NCBI GenBank assembly: GCA_038065795.1
Contig: JBBTQG010000056.1
Coordinates: 1-36,893 of the forward strand
Origin: Patescibacteria group bacterium
GTDB taxonomy: Bacteria; Patescibacteriota; Minisyncoccia; UBA6257; HR35
Length of the DNA: 36,893 nucleotides
Direction: 5' to 3'
In this document: positions 17,497 through 25,756 of the stretch, one piece after another
Layout: every line of letters starts with the position of its first letter
Position numbering within the stretch: the stretch's first letter is position 1
Translations under genes and position numbers: made by a program
The notes under the pieces: generated by a model
The model's database searches: none
What the model was told of the DNA's origin: nothing
Seen by the model: only the letters and a program-made list of their open reading frames with translations

Positions 17497-18612
17497 ATGA
17501 AAAAGGAAATAATAATTTCAATAGTTTTTTTTATTGTTTTTTCTATTACTTTTACATATTTCGCGCCAAAAATAAATATGAAAGCGCAAGTCTCTTCTGG
17601 AATTAATATATCCCTTTCTGTTTATAATGGCTCAAGAAATTTAGGGACAACACTAATTCAAGTAGGTTCGCCAACAAAACCAGCTAACGAATTTGACGCA
17701 CCATATAATATAGCCGTATCAGATGACACTGATTATAAAATTATAATAAACGGATTAAGCCCGAGCATTGAATCCTCATTAAAAGAACAGAGGATTGATA
17801 TAGCGTCACAGCCAATTCTTTCAAATGATTTTTCAAATTTACAAAATAGTATAACAATAGACGGAACTTTCTTTTCTCCGACAAATGATTACGAGCTTTG
17901 GAAAATTTGGGCAGAACAAGGCATTAATAAAAGCAATGAAATTTATTTTTATCTAACAAAAAATGATATAGCAAAAAATCCATCAGGATTATCAAACCAA
18001 TATAATATTGAATTTAATCCACCTGAAATAACAAGCCAAGCAACTACAATATCTTCAAACTTAACAGCTAGTTGGAATAAAGCGTATTGTTTAAATAATA
18101 TTGAAGCAGGAACAATAAGTACTGATTTTAATAGAACGGAAAAAATTACAGGGCTTGCGTCTTATTTATCAGAATCCGATTTTCTCGATTTTATAGAATC
18201 TATTAGTTTGCCTTTTGATATTTTGACTCATAATACCGAAGAAACATATACAGCTAAGGTAGAAAATATTTCAAATTCAACAACACTTACAGTTAAACCT
18301 TATACAATCTCTCCTCCACCACAATCAGAATGTAGCGATGGGATAGATAATGACCAAGATGATTTAATTGATTTGGCCGATCCTGATTGTAGTGATTCTT
18401 CCGATAATTCTGAAGCAACAGATATTATAATAATTCCTCCTCCACCAGACAGCACATATAAATACGACTGTTATTTTGGATTTTATCGTGAAATTAAATA
18501 TACTGGTTCAGCTTCTGCACAAACAATAATTACGAGTTGCAATTACGCGCGAGATTCAGAATTATGCCTTGAACAAATTCCAGAACCTTGTAGTATTCAA
18601 ATACACGAATAA
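17497..18612 (+). CDS. Hypothetical secreted or membrane-anchored protein with an Asp/Cys-rich C-terminal motif
   Basis: N-terminal hydrophobic helix. The C-terminus has CSDGIDNDQDDLIDLADPDCSD (resembling a Ca-binding repeat) and further Cys residues. Confidence 0.5.
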   Translation: MKKEIIISIVFFIVFSITFTYFAPKINMKAQVSSGINISLSVYNGSRNLGTTLIQVGSPTKPANEFDAPYNIAVSDDTDYKIIINGLSPSIESSLKEQRIDIASQPILSNDFSNLQNSITIDGTFFSPTNDYELWKIWAEQGINKSNEIYFYLTKNDIAKNPSGLSNQYNIEFNPPEITSQATTISSNLTASWNKAYCLNNIEAGTISTDFNRTEKITGLASYLSESDFLDFIESISLPFDILTHNTEETYTAKVENISNSTTLTVKPYTISPPPQSECSDGIDNDQDDLIDLADPDCSDSSDNSEATDIIIIPPPPDSTYKYDCYFGFYREIKYTGSASAQTIITSCNYARDSELCLEQIPEPCSIQIHE

Positions 18613-18614
18613 CA

Positions 18615-19652
18615 ATGGAAATAAAAGATTCTATTTACCTTATTGAGGTTGAAAAAATACAGCCAAACCCATATCAGCCAAGAAAATTTTTTGACGAAAC
18701 CGCGTTAAAAGAATTGTCTGAATCAATAAAAGAATATGGCATTTTAGAACCATTGATTGTTACGCGAAAAGAAGTATATACAGAAAATGGTGTGGAAGTT
18801 CTTTACGAACTTATTGCTGGTGAAAGAAGACTTGAAGCTTCAAAACTAATTGGACTAAAAACTGTCCCAGCAATAATAAAAATAGTTTCAGAAAAGGGCA
18901 AGCTTGAAATTGCGTTGATTGAAAATTTACAACGACGCGACTTAAATCCTATTGAAAAAGCAAAAGGTTTTTCAAGATTGATTGATGAATTTAGTTTAAC
19001 TCAAAGAGAAGTTGCATTTAAGCTTGGCAAGAGTAGGGAATATGTAGCGAACACTTTAAGGTTATTAAAACTTCCCGAAAAAATTCAAGAGTCAATAGGG
19101 AGGGGTGAGCTTTCAGAATCTCAAGCGCGACTGCTTCTTTCAATAGACGATATAGAAATTCAAAATCAATTATTTGACGAGGTTGTCAATGAGAGACTTA
19201 CTATACGAGACACCCAAAAACGATTAAAAATAAAACTTAGAGATAAAAATGCTGAGAAGCCCAAAGATATATCTTTGGGCGCCGAAAACGGTAAATCGTT
19301 TTCGGCATTGACTTTCGGCGCTGAAAGCGATTTATCGCTTTCAGCAATTGAAATTTCTAATCAAGACGAATTAGATTCAGACTGGATTGCATTTGAGCAG
19401 AAATTTGAAGAAGTGTTAGGAACAAAAGTTAAATTACAAAAAACAACTGACGGATTAAAGCTTGAAATAAATTTGTATTCAGAAGACGATTTACAAAAAG
19501 TCTTAGACAGCTTAAAAGCAAAAAAAATTCCGAATAGTAATGAAGAGGGAATAAGCGATGATGATATTGCCTTGATAAATATGAAAATGCAAAAGCTGGA
19601 TATTTTTGAAGAAGAGAAAGCAGAGAATTTATCATCGTTTGAAAAATTTTAA
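18615..19652 (+). CDS. parB: ParB/Spo0J-family partition protein with an extended C-terminus
   Basis: PNPYQPRK and GERRLEASK motifs and an HTH region (SLTQREVAFKLGKSREYVANTLRLLKL). No parA lies adjacent. Confidence 0.85.
   Translation: MEIKDSIYLIEVEKIQPNPYQPRKFFDETALKELSESIKEYGILEPLIVTRKEVYTENGVEVLYELIAGERRLEASKLIGLKTVPAIIKIVSEKGKLEIALIENLQRRDLNPIEKAKGFSRLIDEFSLTQREVAFKLGKSREYVANTLRLLKLPEKIQESIGRGELSESQARLLLSIDDIEIQNQLFDEVVNERLTIRDTQKRLKIKLRDKNAEKPKDISLGAENGKSFSALTFGAESDLSLSAIEISNQDELDSDWIAFEQKFEEVLGTKVKLQKTTDGLKLEINLYSEDDLQKVLDSLKAKKIPNSNEEGISDDDIALINMKMQKLDIFEEEKAENLSSFEKF
19261..19345. repeat. Hairpin triplet (family 2 twin hairpin plus an 18-bp palindrome) inside parB
   Basis: CCAAAGATATATCTTTGG; GCCGAAAACG-GTAAAT-CGTTTTCGGC; GCTGAAAGCG-ATTTAT-CGCTTTCAGC. 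In frame, they encode PKDISLGAENGKSFSALTFGAESDLSLSA. Confidence 0.8.
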
Positions 19653-19747
19653 AAAATTATATTGAAGCTATTCTAGGGTGGTGGGGTAAAATTTTTTTAA
19701 AAAATCAACATTTTACCGTAAAATTAGATATATTCAATTAATTTATT

Positions 19748-20788
19748 ATGCTAATAGGTCTTTGCGGTTTGCCAAATTCTGGAAAAAGCACATTTTTTAA
19801 ATTGTTGTCAAGAATTGAAACTGAAATTGCTAATTATCCCTTCACAACATTAAAGCCCAAGGAAGCTGTTGTTCCTATTCTTTCAAAAGAATTAGAATAT
19901 TTACATAATATTACGCAAACGAAAGAGATTGTGCCCGGTTTTTTAAAATTCTTAGATGTTCCGGGATTGATAAGAGGCGCGCATAAGGGTGAAGGTTTGG
20001 GGAACGAATTTTTAAGTTACCTAAGACAATGCGATGTTATTTTAGAAGTTGTAAGGACATTTAAAAATGAAAATGTTCCTCACCCAGAAAATACCATTAA
20101 CCCCGAGCGAGATATCTTAATTATTGAGGAAGAAATCATTGAATCTGAAAAAAATATTATTAAACACAATCTAATCAAACTTAACCGAGCAACTACCAAG
20201 GAGGAAAAGATAAAAAAAGAATCGCTTGAAAATATATTAAATAAAATAGAATCACTTAATTGTGCCGAAAAGTCAGGACATTCATTTTTTGACACCAGAA
20301 ATAATTTTGAAAATTTTAGCGAATATTTAAAAGAATATAATTTATTGCTTACAAAAAATTGGTTTTTAATATTTAACGGGGAATCGCCTGATATAAAATT
20401 ATTAAATAATATTTTTAAAAATATTTATTCATTGGATTTTAAATGGGAGCTTGATTTGGAAGAAACTATCGAGCTACAAAATGACTTCGTAATAGAGGCG
20501 CATAATTTTTTGGAGCAATTTAGAAAAGATTTAAATTTAATACAATTTTTTACGTTTACTCAGGATATAACTCAAAGTTGGTTTATTCAAAAGGGAAGTA
20601 ATGTTTTTGATTGCGCGGGGTTAATACATACTGACTTTCAAAAGAAGTTTAGGAGCGCGGAAATAATAAACTTGACAGATTTGATAAATGTAGGTGATTT
20701 TAAGAAAGCAAAAGAACACGGACTTGTCAAGACAGGAGGAAAGGACACAATTATTAAAGAAAATAATATTATAAAAATTTTGGTATAG
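19748..20788 (+). CDS. ychF: Ribosome-binding ATPase YchF (Obg-like)
   Basis: G1 motif GLPNSGKST, then NYPFTTL and DVPGLIRGAH, and a C-terminal TGS-like AGLIHTDF. Confidence 0.8.
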   Translation: MLIGLCGLPNSGKSTFFKLLSRIETEIANYPFTTLKPKEAVVPILSKELEYLHNITQTKEIVPGFLKFLDVPGLIRGAHKGEGLGNEFLSYLRQCDVILEVVRTFKNENVPHPENTINPERDILIIEEEIIESEKNIIKHNLIKLNRATTKEEKIKKESLENILNKIESLNCAEKSGHSFFDTRNNFENFSEYLKEYNLLLTKNWFLIFNGESPDIKLLNNIFKNIYSLDFKWELDLEETIELQNDFVIEAHNFLEQFRKDLNLIQFFTFTQDITQSWFIQKGSNVFDCAGLIHTDFQKKFRSAEIINLTDLINVGDFKKAKEHGLVKTGGKDTIIKENNIIKILV

Positions 20789-20876
20789 TATAATAGAGTA
20801 AATTGAGATTAAAGGTTAAAAATCAAAATGCAAAATTATTGTTGTTCCCTAATATTATTAACCAAAATTATATTGT

Positions 20877-20947
20877 GCCCATGTAGTTTAACGGCAGAAC
20901 GAATCCTTGGTAAGGATTAAAAGGGAGTTCAACTCTCCCCTTGGGCT
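20877..20947 (+). tRNA. tRNA-Thr (anticodon GGT)
   Basis: Manual cloverleaf: acceptor GCCCATG/CTTGGGC (one U-U), anticodon stem AATCC/GGATT with loop TTGGTAA, T arm GGGAG-TTCAACT-CTCCC. Confidence 0.8.
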
Positions 20948-21027
20948 TATAATAAATGATTAAAAAAAACAACCTAAAAATATATAGGCTATTAAGTTCC
21001 GAAAATAATTCTTCTGCGAACTAAGAA

Positions 21028-21915
21028 TTAATTTACTAAATTATTACTTAAAAATAGCTTTTGATAATGTACTATTCGCTCCCTTAATGAGCTAATTACA
21101 CCATTGAGTATTTTATATGGAACAACTGTTTCTGCCTGTAATTCCCTTAATAAACTATCTCTCCAAATTTTTCTAAATTCAGTGTTTATATGAACGATTT
21201 TAATGCCATTTTTAATAGCGTTTTTGAAGTCTTTATCGGTCAACCCTGACCCACCATGTAAAACAAGCCCTGAGAATAACTTAAATTGTTGAGTGCGTTC
21301 ATATATATCCTTAATACGCTCAAAGTCAATTTGCATTGAATTTATCGCAGGAATACCATGAATATTGCCAACAGATATTGCGAGTAAATCAACGCCGGTT
21401 TGTTGTAAAAAATTTTCAGCGTCTTCAGGTTTTGTAAAATTTTTTTCATCAAGCTCAACTGTTCCACCTATATCAGAACTTCCCGGAAGATATCCAATCT
21501 CGCCTTCAATTAGAATTTCTTTATTATCATTTTTTGTTCTACTACTCTCTTCGAAACTTTTCACTTCCTTAGTTCGCAGAATATTATTATTTAAATCATT
21601 TTGTTTTTCACTTGTCAAATCAAAAAGAACAGAATCAAACGAGTTGTCAATTGCTTCCTTTGATGATTCTACACTTTTGCAATGGTCGGCATTTATAAAC
21701 ACTGGTAGTCCCCTATTCTGAGCTTCACCTACCCAAAATTTTATATTTTTAGTATCTAGATATTTTCTTTCTCCTTCAGACGCGCCAAAAATTAACGGGA
21801 TACGAGTTTCTTGAACAGCTTCAATCCCAGCCTTAAATTGTTCAAATGTAGCAATATTATAATGAAGTAAGGCTTGATTAGATTTCAAATTTTGTAAAGC
21901 TTGTTTTAGGGTCAT
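21028..21915 (-). CDS. fba: Class II fructose/tagatose-bisphosphate aldolase
   Basis: LLHYNIATFEQ, INADHCKS and LVLHGGSG motifs. The start is taken at the internal Met (MTLKQAL) because the longer ORF would abut tRNA-Ser. Confidence 0.75.
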   Translation of the reverse strand: MTLKQALQNLKSNQALLHYNIATFEQFKAGIEAVQETRIPLIFGASEGERKYLDTKNIKFWVGEAQNRGLPVFINADHCKSVESSKEAIDNSFDSVLFDLTSEKQNDLNNNILRTKEVKSFEESSRTKNDNKEILIEGEIGYLPGSSDIGGTVELDEKNFTKPEDAENFLQQTGVDLLAISVGNIHGIPAINSMQIDFERIKDIYERTQQFKLFSGLVLHGGSGLTDKDFKNAIKNGIKIVHINTEFRKIWRDSLLRELQAETVVPYKILNGVISSLRERIVHYQKLFLSNNLVN

Positions 21916-21953
21916 TAAAAAATTATACCATTGTATGATAAAATTAAACAATT

Positions 21954-22041
21954 GGAAGGGTGCCAGAGCGGTCCAATGGAACGGCTTGGAAAGCCGTGAC
22001 CCTTCGGGGTCTCGTGGGTTCGAATCCCACCCCTTCCGCCA
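21954..22041 (+). tRNA. tRNA-Ser (anticodon GGA), CCA encoded
   Basis: Acceptor GGAAGGG/CCCTTCC, anticodon stem ACGGC/GCCGT with loop TTGGAAA, a long variable arm, T arm GTGGG-TTCGAAT-CCCAC, then GCCA. Confidence 0.9.
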
Positions 22042-22183
22042 AGTTTCCCGATAACTTCTTTATATTTTTGTAGTGGTTTAAGAAAAAAATTCTGGATAAT
22101 TTCGCTCAAAACAAAAACACCGGATATTACCGTCTGAAAAACAATACTTTGAAATAAATTTAATAACCAATTCATTTATTTTT

Positions 22184-22732
22184 TTATCTATCACCGAATA
22201 AAGTTTTAAATCCAGCAGTATTCACCCAAAAATTCTGCGGGTTGTGGAGTAAATATTTTTTAATCTCTTTTCTTTGCGTTGCTAGTTTTTCTCCGCCATT
22301 CGTTTCGCTTAAAAGAATATTGGAATAGCTGCCATCTAAAAATGCGATATAAGAGATATTTTTATTCTGTTCCTTTAAACTAATAATTTCAATCAATTCG
22401 GCGATTTGTTTATCTTGTCCGCCGCCGGAAGTATTTAAATGTTTTGCCTCGCATAAAAATATTTTACCATTCACTTTAATAATCAAATCCAATTTTTTAT
22501 TTTGTTTCTTGGTAGCCAATCTAATGCCTAAATTTTTACGGACATTTTTTACGCTAAAAATCTTTGAAAATTTGGCTACACATTTTCGCTTGTTTAAAAA
22601 TTCTTTCCATTTTTTAACCTCTTGAAAATCATTTTTTGTAAGAATACGCAAAAGTTTTTTCTCTCCGCATCTCCCTTTTTTGCGCGATGAGTTCGTATCC
22701 AATATCGCCTGCACCCACTTTTCCAGCGCCAT
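22184..22732 (-). CDS. PD-(D/E)XK nuclease, DpnII/MboI-like restriction endonuclease core
   Basis: KKLDLIIKVNGKIFLCEAKHLNTSGGGQDKQ gives D-x13-E-x-K followed by a Gly-rich SGGGxxK. This mirrors DpnII (FDFVIK..LIEVNFYSGSGSKLNE) as recalled from memory. Confidence 0.55.
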   Translation of the reverse strand: MALEKWVQAILDTNSSRKKGRCGEKKLLRILTKNDFQEVKKWKEFLNKRKCVAKFSKIFSVKNVRKNLGIRLATKKQNKKLDLIIKVNGKIFLCEAKHLNTSGGGQDKQIAELIEIISLKEQNKNISYIAFLDGSYSNILLSETNGGEKLATQRKEIKKYLLHNPQNFWVNTAGFKTLFGDR

Positions 22733-22783
22733 TTCATTCAGCGCTCTTTTGATAAAATATCTTTCAGTAATTTTTTATTATTT

Positions 22784-22996
22784 TTAAATTTTTCCATTTG
22801 ACCAATTTTCAAAACAACTTTTACATAGGTAAAGATTGTTGTCATTTATTGGTTCTTCTATATCAAAAGTATCAAAATTTTTATCTTCATTATAATTTCC
22901 TTTTTTATCTATATTGTATTTAACCCAAACTTTTTGTAAATTAAACCTTGAATTTTTATTGCAGTAATAACATTTTATAAAATTTTCTTTATTCAT
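22784..22996 (-). CDS. Small zinc-ribbon protein (CxxC...CxxC)
   Basis: 70 aa with CYYC near the N-terminus and CKSC near the C-terminus. It starts 11 nt after the upstream gene. Confidence 0.5.
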   Translation of the reverse strand: MNKENFIKCYYCNKNSRFNLQKVWVKYNIDKKGNYNEDKNFDTFDIEEPINDNNLYLCKSCFENWSNGKI

Positions 22997-23007
22997 ATTT
23001 TTTTATG

Positions 23008-23637
23008 TTAATTATTCATATTTTGCTCCATTATTCTTATGAAATTAGACAGAGATGTGGCATCAACACCGGTTCTGTAATAACAATCCTTATATTTTTT
23101 CCAGCCAGTTCTTGTTCCATGTTTATTAAATTCCTCAAATTCTTTTACAGTTAATAAAACATTTCTGTTGCCATTATTATTTAATAATTTTTTAATTATA
23201 TTTATTTTTTCACCATTAGCCTCATCTATTAACGAAATTATTTGTTCAGCAAATCGAGTGGTTAATGGAATTTCATTTTTTGTTGTTGATGATGTTATTT
23301 TAATGCTAATTTTGCTTCTATCTATATTTTGAGAGTTCTTATCGTCTAAATTTCCACCTAGACACTTAAGTAATATACAAGCTTTGTAAAATTCAATTTG
23401 ATAAAATTCAGTAGTGTTTATTCTTTTCAGTACCTGTTTGCATATTTTTTCAATAACTAAAACTTTTGTACTTTCAAAATCAAAAATAGCTAATTTATTT
23501 TTCTTTGATTTCTCATTACTTTCGAAATATCTATGTGCATTTTTTGCTCGCTCCAAAGTTCCAATACCTATTTTACAAACATCTTTAATATTGTGCTCAA
23601 AAATATACAAAATTTGTTTTTCAGTTGTCTTGCTCAT
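23008..23637 (-). CDS. T5orf172/GIY-YIG-like N-terminal domain protein with an unassigned C-terminal domain
   Basis: ILYIFEHN..VCKIGIGT..RAK...IEKICKQVLKR..TEFYQI fits the T5orf172 pattern (hYhh...KIG.T...lE..h...l...r..EFF). The C-terminal ~110 aa have no recognisable motif. Confidence 0.45.
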   Translation of the reverse strand: MSKTTEKQILYIFEHNIKDVCKIGIGTLERAKNAHRYFESNEKSKKNKLAIFDFESTKVLVIEKICKQVLKRINTTEFYQIEFYKACILLKCLGGNLDDKNSQNIDRSKISIKITSSTTKNEIPLTTRFAEQIISLIDEANGEKINIIKKLLNNNGNRNVLLTVKEFEEFNKHGTRTGWKKYKDCYYRTGVDATSLSNFIRIMEQNMNN

Positions 23638-23697
23638 ATTTTTTATTTCTTTAATTGTAAATCGATATAAAACATATTCTTCACAACTTATAATTGA

Positions 23698-24051
23698 CTA
23701 TATTGAAACCTGATACAAATCTTCAAAACTTGAATGTATTCCAGAAAAAAATATTTCTTTGGTTTTTTGGTCCGCTTTGTTTTTGTGCAAATACGGCGGA
23801 TTAGTACAAACAAATTTATATTCTTGAGGAAGATTTATTGAGTCATTATAAAAAACATTGCTATTATCAACATATTTTCTATCGCAATCAAAACCAATAA
23901 CTTTTTTGGCATTACTTTTCTTTGCCCACTTAATCAAATCTTGGTTTCCTGCAAAGGGGTCGGTAACTTCCTCATCTTTTATAAACTTTTCTAATCCTTG
24001 CAGAATAAGATCTGAGTTTGTTGTAAAAAATTGTCCAAATTGCTTTTTCAT
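23698..24051 (-). pseudogene. N-terminal half of a gamma-class N6-adenine DNA methyltransferase (truncated)
   Basis: GQFFTT (motif X), TDPFAGNQDL (motif I) and NPPY (motif IV) occur in that order. The ORF ends at TAG about 30 codons after NPPY, at DLYQVSI, with no motifs V-VIII or target-recognition domain. Confidence 0.65.
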
Positions 24052-24256
24052 AGAGAGAATTTATCCTATTATCATTTTACCGGATTTTTAAGATTTGTTC
24101 AAATTCTGTCGCACGCTAATGCACGATAGGATTTCGGCGAGCGGGCTAAAAGTCAGCGTCGGGATTTTTCGTAAAATAGGTTCGGATTTTAACCAAAAGG
24201 CACCGCCAATTTTCTTTTATAAAAGAAAATTGGCAAAAAGCGAATGCTTTTTGCCC

Positions 24257-24547
24257 CTATATCACATAGTATTCACAACTTTGGGGACATATTAGCCTTG
24301 GCTCTCCTTCCGTTGTAAGTTCAAGTGAAAGCCCGCAACCTTCTCTGGAATAACCATTGGTACAAACACCGTCAACGCCCTCGTAAAAAACAACTCTGAT
24401 TGTCTCAGGTGTCATTGGTATACAAACCTGAGTTGACCAACGCTCATACCTCGATTCAAATTCGGCATCCATTACAAAGAAGCCGACCTTAACCGTCAGA
24501 TCTTTCTCGATTAAGATTTTGGGGCATTGAACTTCAACCGAGCTCAT
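24257..24547 (-). CDS. Hypothetical small Cys-rich protein in a G+C-richer segment
   Basis: 96 aa with 7 Cys and a GAAAGG about 14 nt upstream of the ATG. Its composition is visibly richer in G+C than neighbouring genes. No family recognised. Confidence 0.4.
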   Translation of the reverse strand: MSSVEVQCPKILIEKDLTVKVGFFVMDAEFESRYERWSTQVCIPMTPETIRVVFYEGVDGVCTNGYSREGCGLSLELTTEGEPRLICPQSCEYYVI

Positions 24548-24726
24548 TTATGCATCTGCCTTTCTCGTGAAATTTTCTACTTATTATTTTAATCCTCCGG
24601 TATTTTTTTGTCAACCCCGTTAAAAGTTTATCACGAATTATTTTTAGTCCTTATTTTTAATCCGAATTCACCCTATCGGCTTGATTTAAATTTACCCAAT
24701 AAATAGACTTAAAACTTCTAACGGGG

Positions 24727-25497
24727 TCAAATACCTAAAACCGGTGTTAAAACCAATGTTTTGTCTTCAAAAATCGCGAGAGTTGCTTCAAAATGAGCTG
24801 AAACCGAATTGTCTTCTGTTCTAAACGGGCATTGAGATGGATTGCACTGCAATGAAAACTGGCTACTTATTGAAGCCATTGGCTCAATTGTAAAAATCAT
24901 CCCACCCTTTATTTTATTTCCTGTCCCCGGGTCGCCAAAATTCAAAACCTGTAAATTTCCGTGTAAAAATTCTCCTATATCATGCCCACATAAATCTCTT
25001 ATTGGCTTAAATCCATAATCCATTATTGTGCTTTCAACCTCCCATCCAATATCGCCAAATGTATTTCCTGCCGCGGTAATCTTTATCGCATTTTCTAATG
25101 CCTTACGAGTTGCTAATATTAATTTTTTATTTTCTTTGCTTATTTTCCCTGCCCCAACTGTTATTGCGGCATCGGTAAAATAATTTTTAAATTTCACGCC
25201 TAAATCTAAAGACACAATGTCCCCATCTTTAATTATTAAATTTTCAGAAGACAACCCATGAACAACAATTTCATTTATTGAAACGCACAGAGAATACGGA
25301 TAAGGTTCTTTGCAAAAATTTGGATGATAATTTTTAAATGCTGGTTTTGCCCCTGCCTCTAAAATTAATTTTTCAGCAAGTGCGTCTAATTCTGAAGCTT
25401 TCACGCCCGGTTCAATTTTTTCTTTCAAAATTTTTAAAACCGAAGTCAGAATAGTTCCACCTTCCCGCATAATTTCAACTTGTTCACTAAAAGTCAT
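24727..25497 (-). CDS. map: Methionine aminopeptidase type I
   Basis: Metal-ligand contexts VVHG, DLGV..YFTD, GHDIG, FTIEP and HFE; 256 aa. Confidence 0.85.
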   Translation of the reverse strand: MTFSEQVEIMREGGTILTSVLKILKEKIEPGVKASELDALAEKLILEAGAKPAFKNYHPNFCKEPYPYSLCVSINEIVVHGLSSENLIIKDGDIVSLDLGVKFKNYFTDAAITVGAGKISKENKKLILATRKALENAIKITAAGNTFGDIGWEVESTIMDYGFKPIRDLCGHDIGEFLHGNLQVLNFGDPGTGNKIKGGMIFTIEPMASISSQFSLQCNPSQCPFRTEDNSVSAHFEATLAIFEDKTLVLTPVLGI

Positions 25498-25503
25498 ATG
25501 TAT

Positions 25504-25653
25504 TTATTTTTCATAAAGAGCTTTACTTTGAGCGTAGGGCGGCTGTTCTATTGAAACAACTTTTATAAACGAGGATTTAGATACAAAATATGACAGCGCC
25601 AAAACAAACGCAACGAGTATTATTGTATTTATTGTTTTTGATTTATTTTCCAT
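25504..25653 (-). CDS. Possible small single-TM protein
   Basis: The internal Met gives MENKSKTINTIILVAFVLALSYF... The longer ORF (to 25746) runs through a tRNA-like fragment, so the short form is preferred. Weak support. Confidence 0.25.
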   Translation of the reverse strand: MENKSKTINTIILVAFVLALSYFVSKSSFIKVVSIEQPPYAQSKALYEK

Positions 25654-25756
25654 TTTATTTTTGGTGGAGCGTGCCGGACTCGAAGGGACAGAAGCCCCAA
25701 ACTCATTTTTGTTCCATATTGTTAATTTTGTTTTATATACGCTCATTTGTATAATC

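Noticed and set aside
17397-17606. 69-aa plus-strand ORF
   Set aside because: It starts inside tRNA-Lys(TTT), on the opposite strand, and overlaps the better-supported 17497-18612 gene in another frame.
19261-19345. Possibility that the recurring hairpin repeats form a CRISPR array
   Set aside because: Copies are dispersed over the window, not arranged in regular repeat-spacer tandem. Unit lengths vary, several lie inside genes, and no cas genes are present.
21915-22175. 86-aa minus-strand ORF, plus the long form of the fba ORF extending to 21951
   Set aside because: The ORF runs antisense straight through tRNA-Ser(GGA). For fba, the internal Met at 21915 gives a normal aldolase N-terminus without crowding the tRNA.
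24095-24295. 66-aa plus-strand ORF in the G+C-richer segment
   Set aside because: It has no motif and no start context, and it overlaps the repeat motifs and the end of the opposite-strand Cys-rich ORF. It is treated as non-coding flank.
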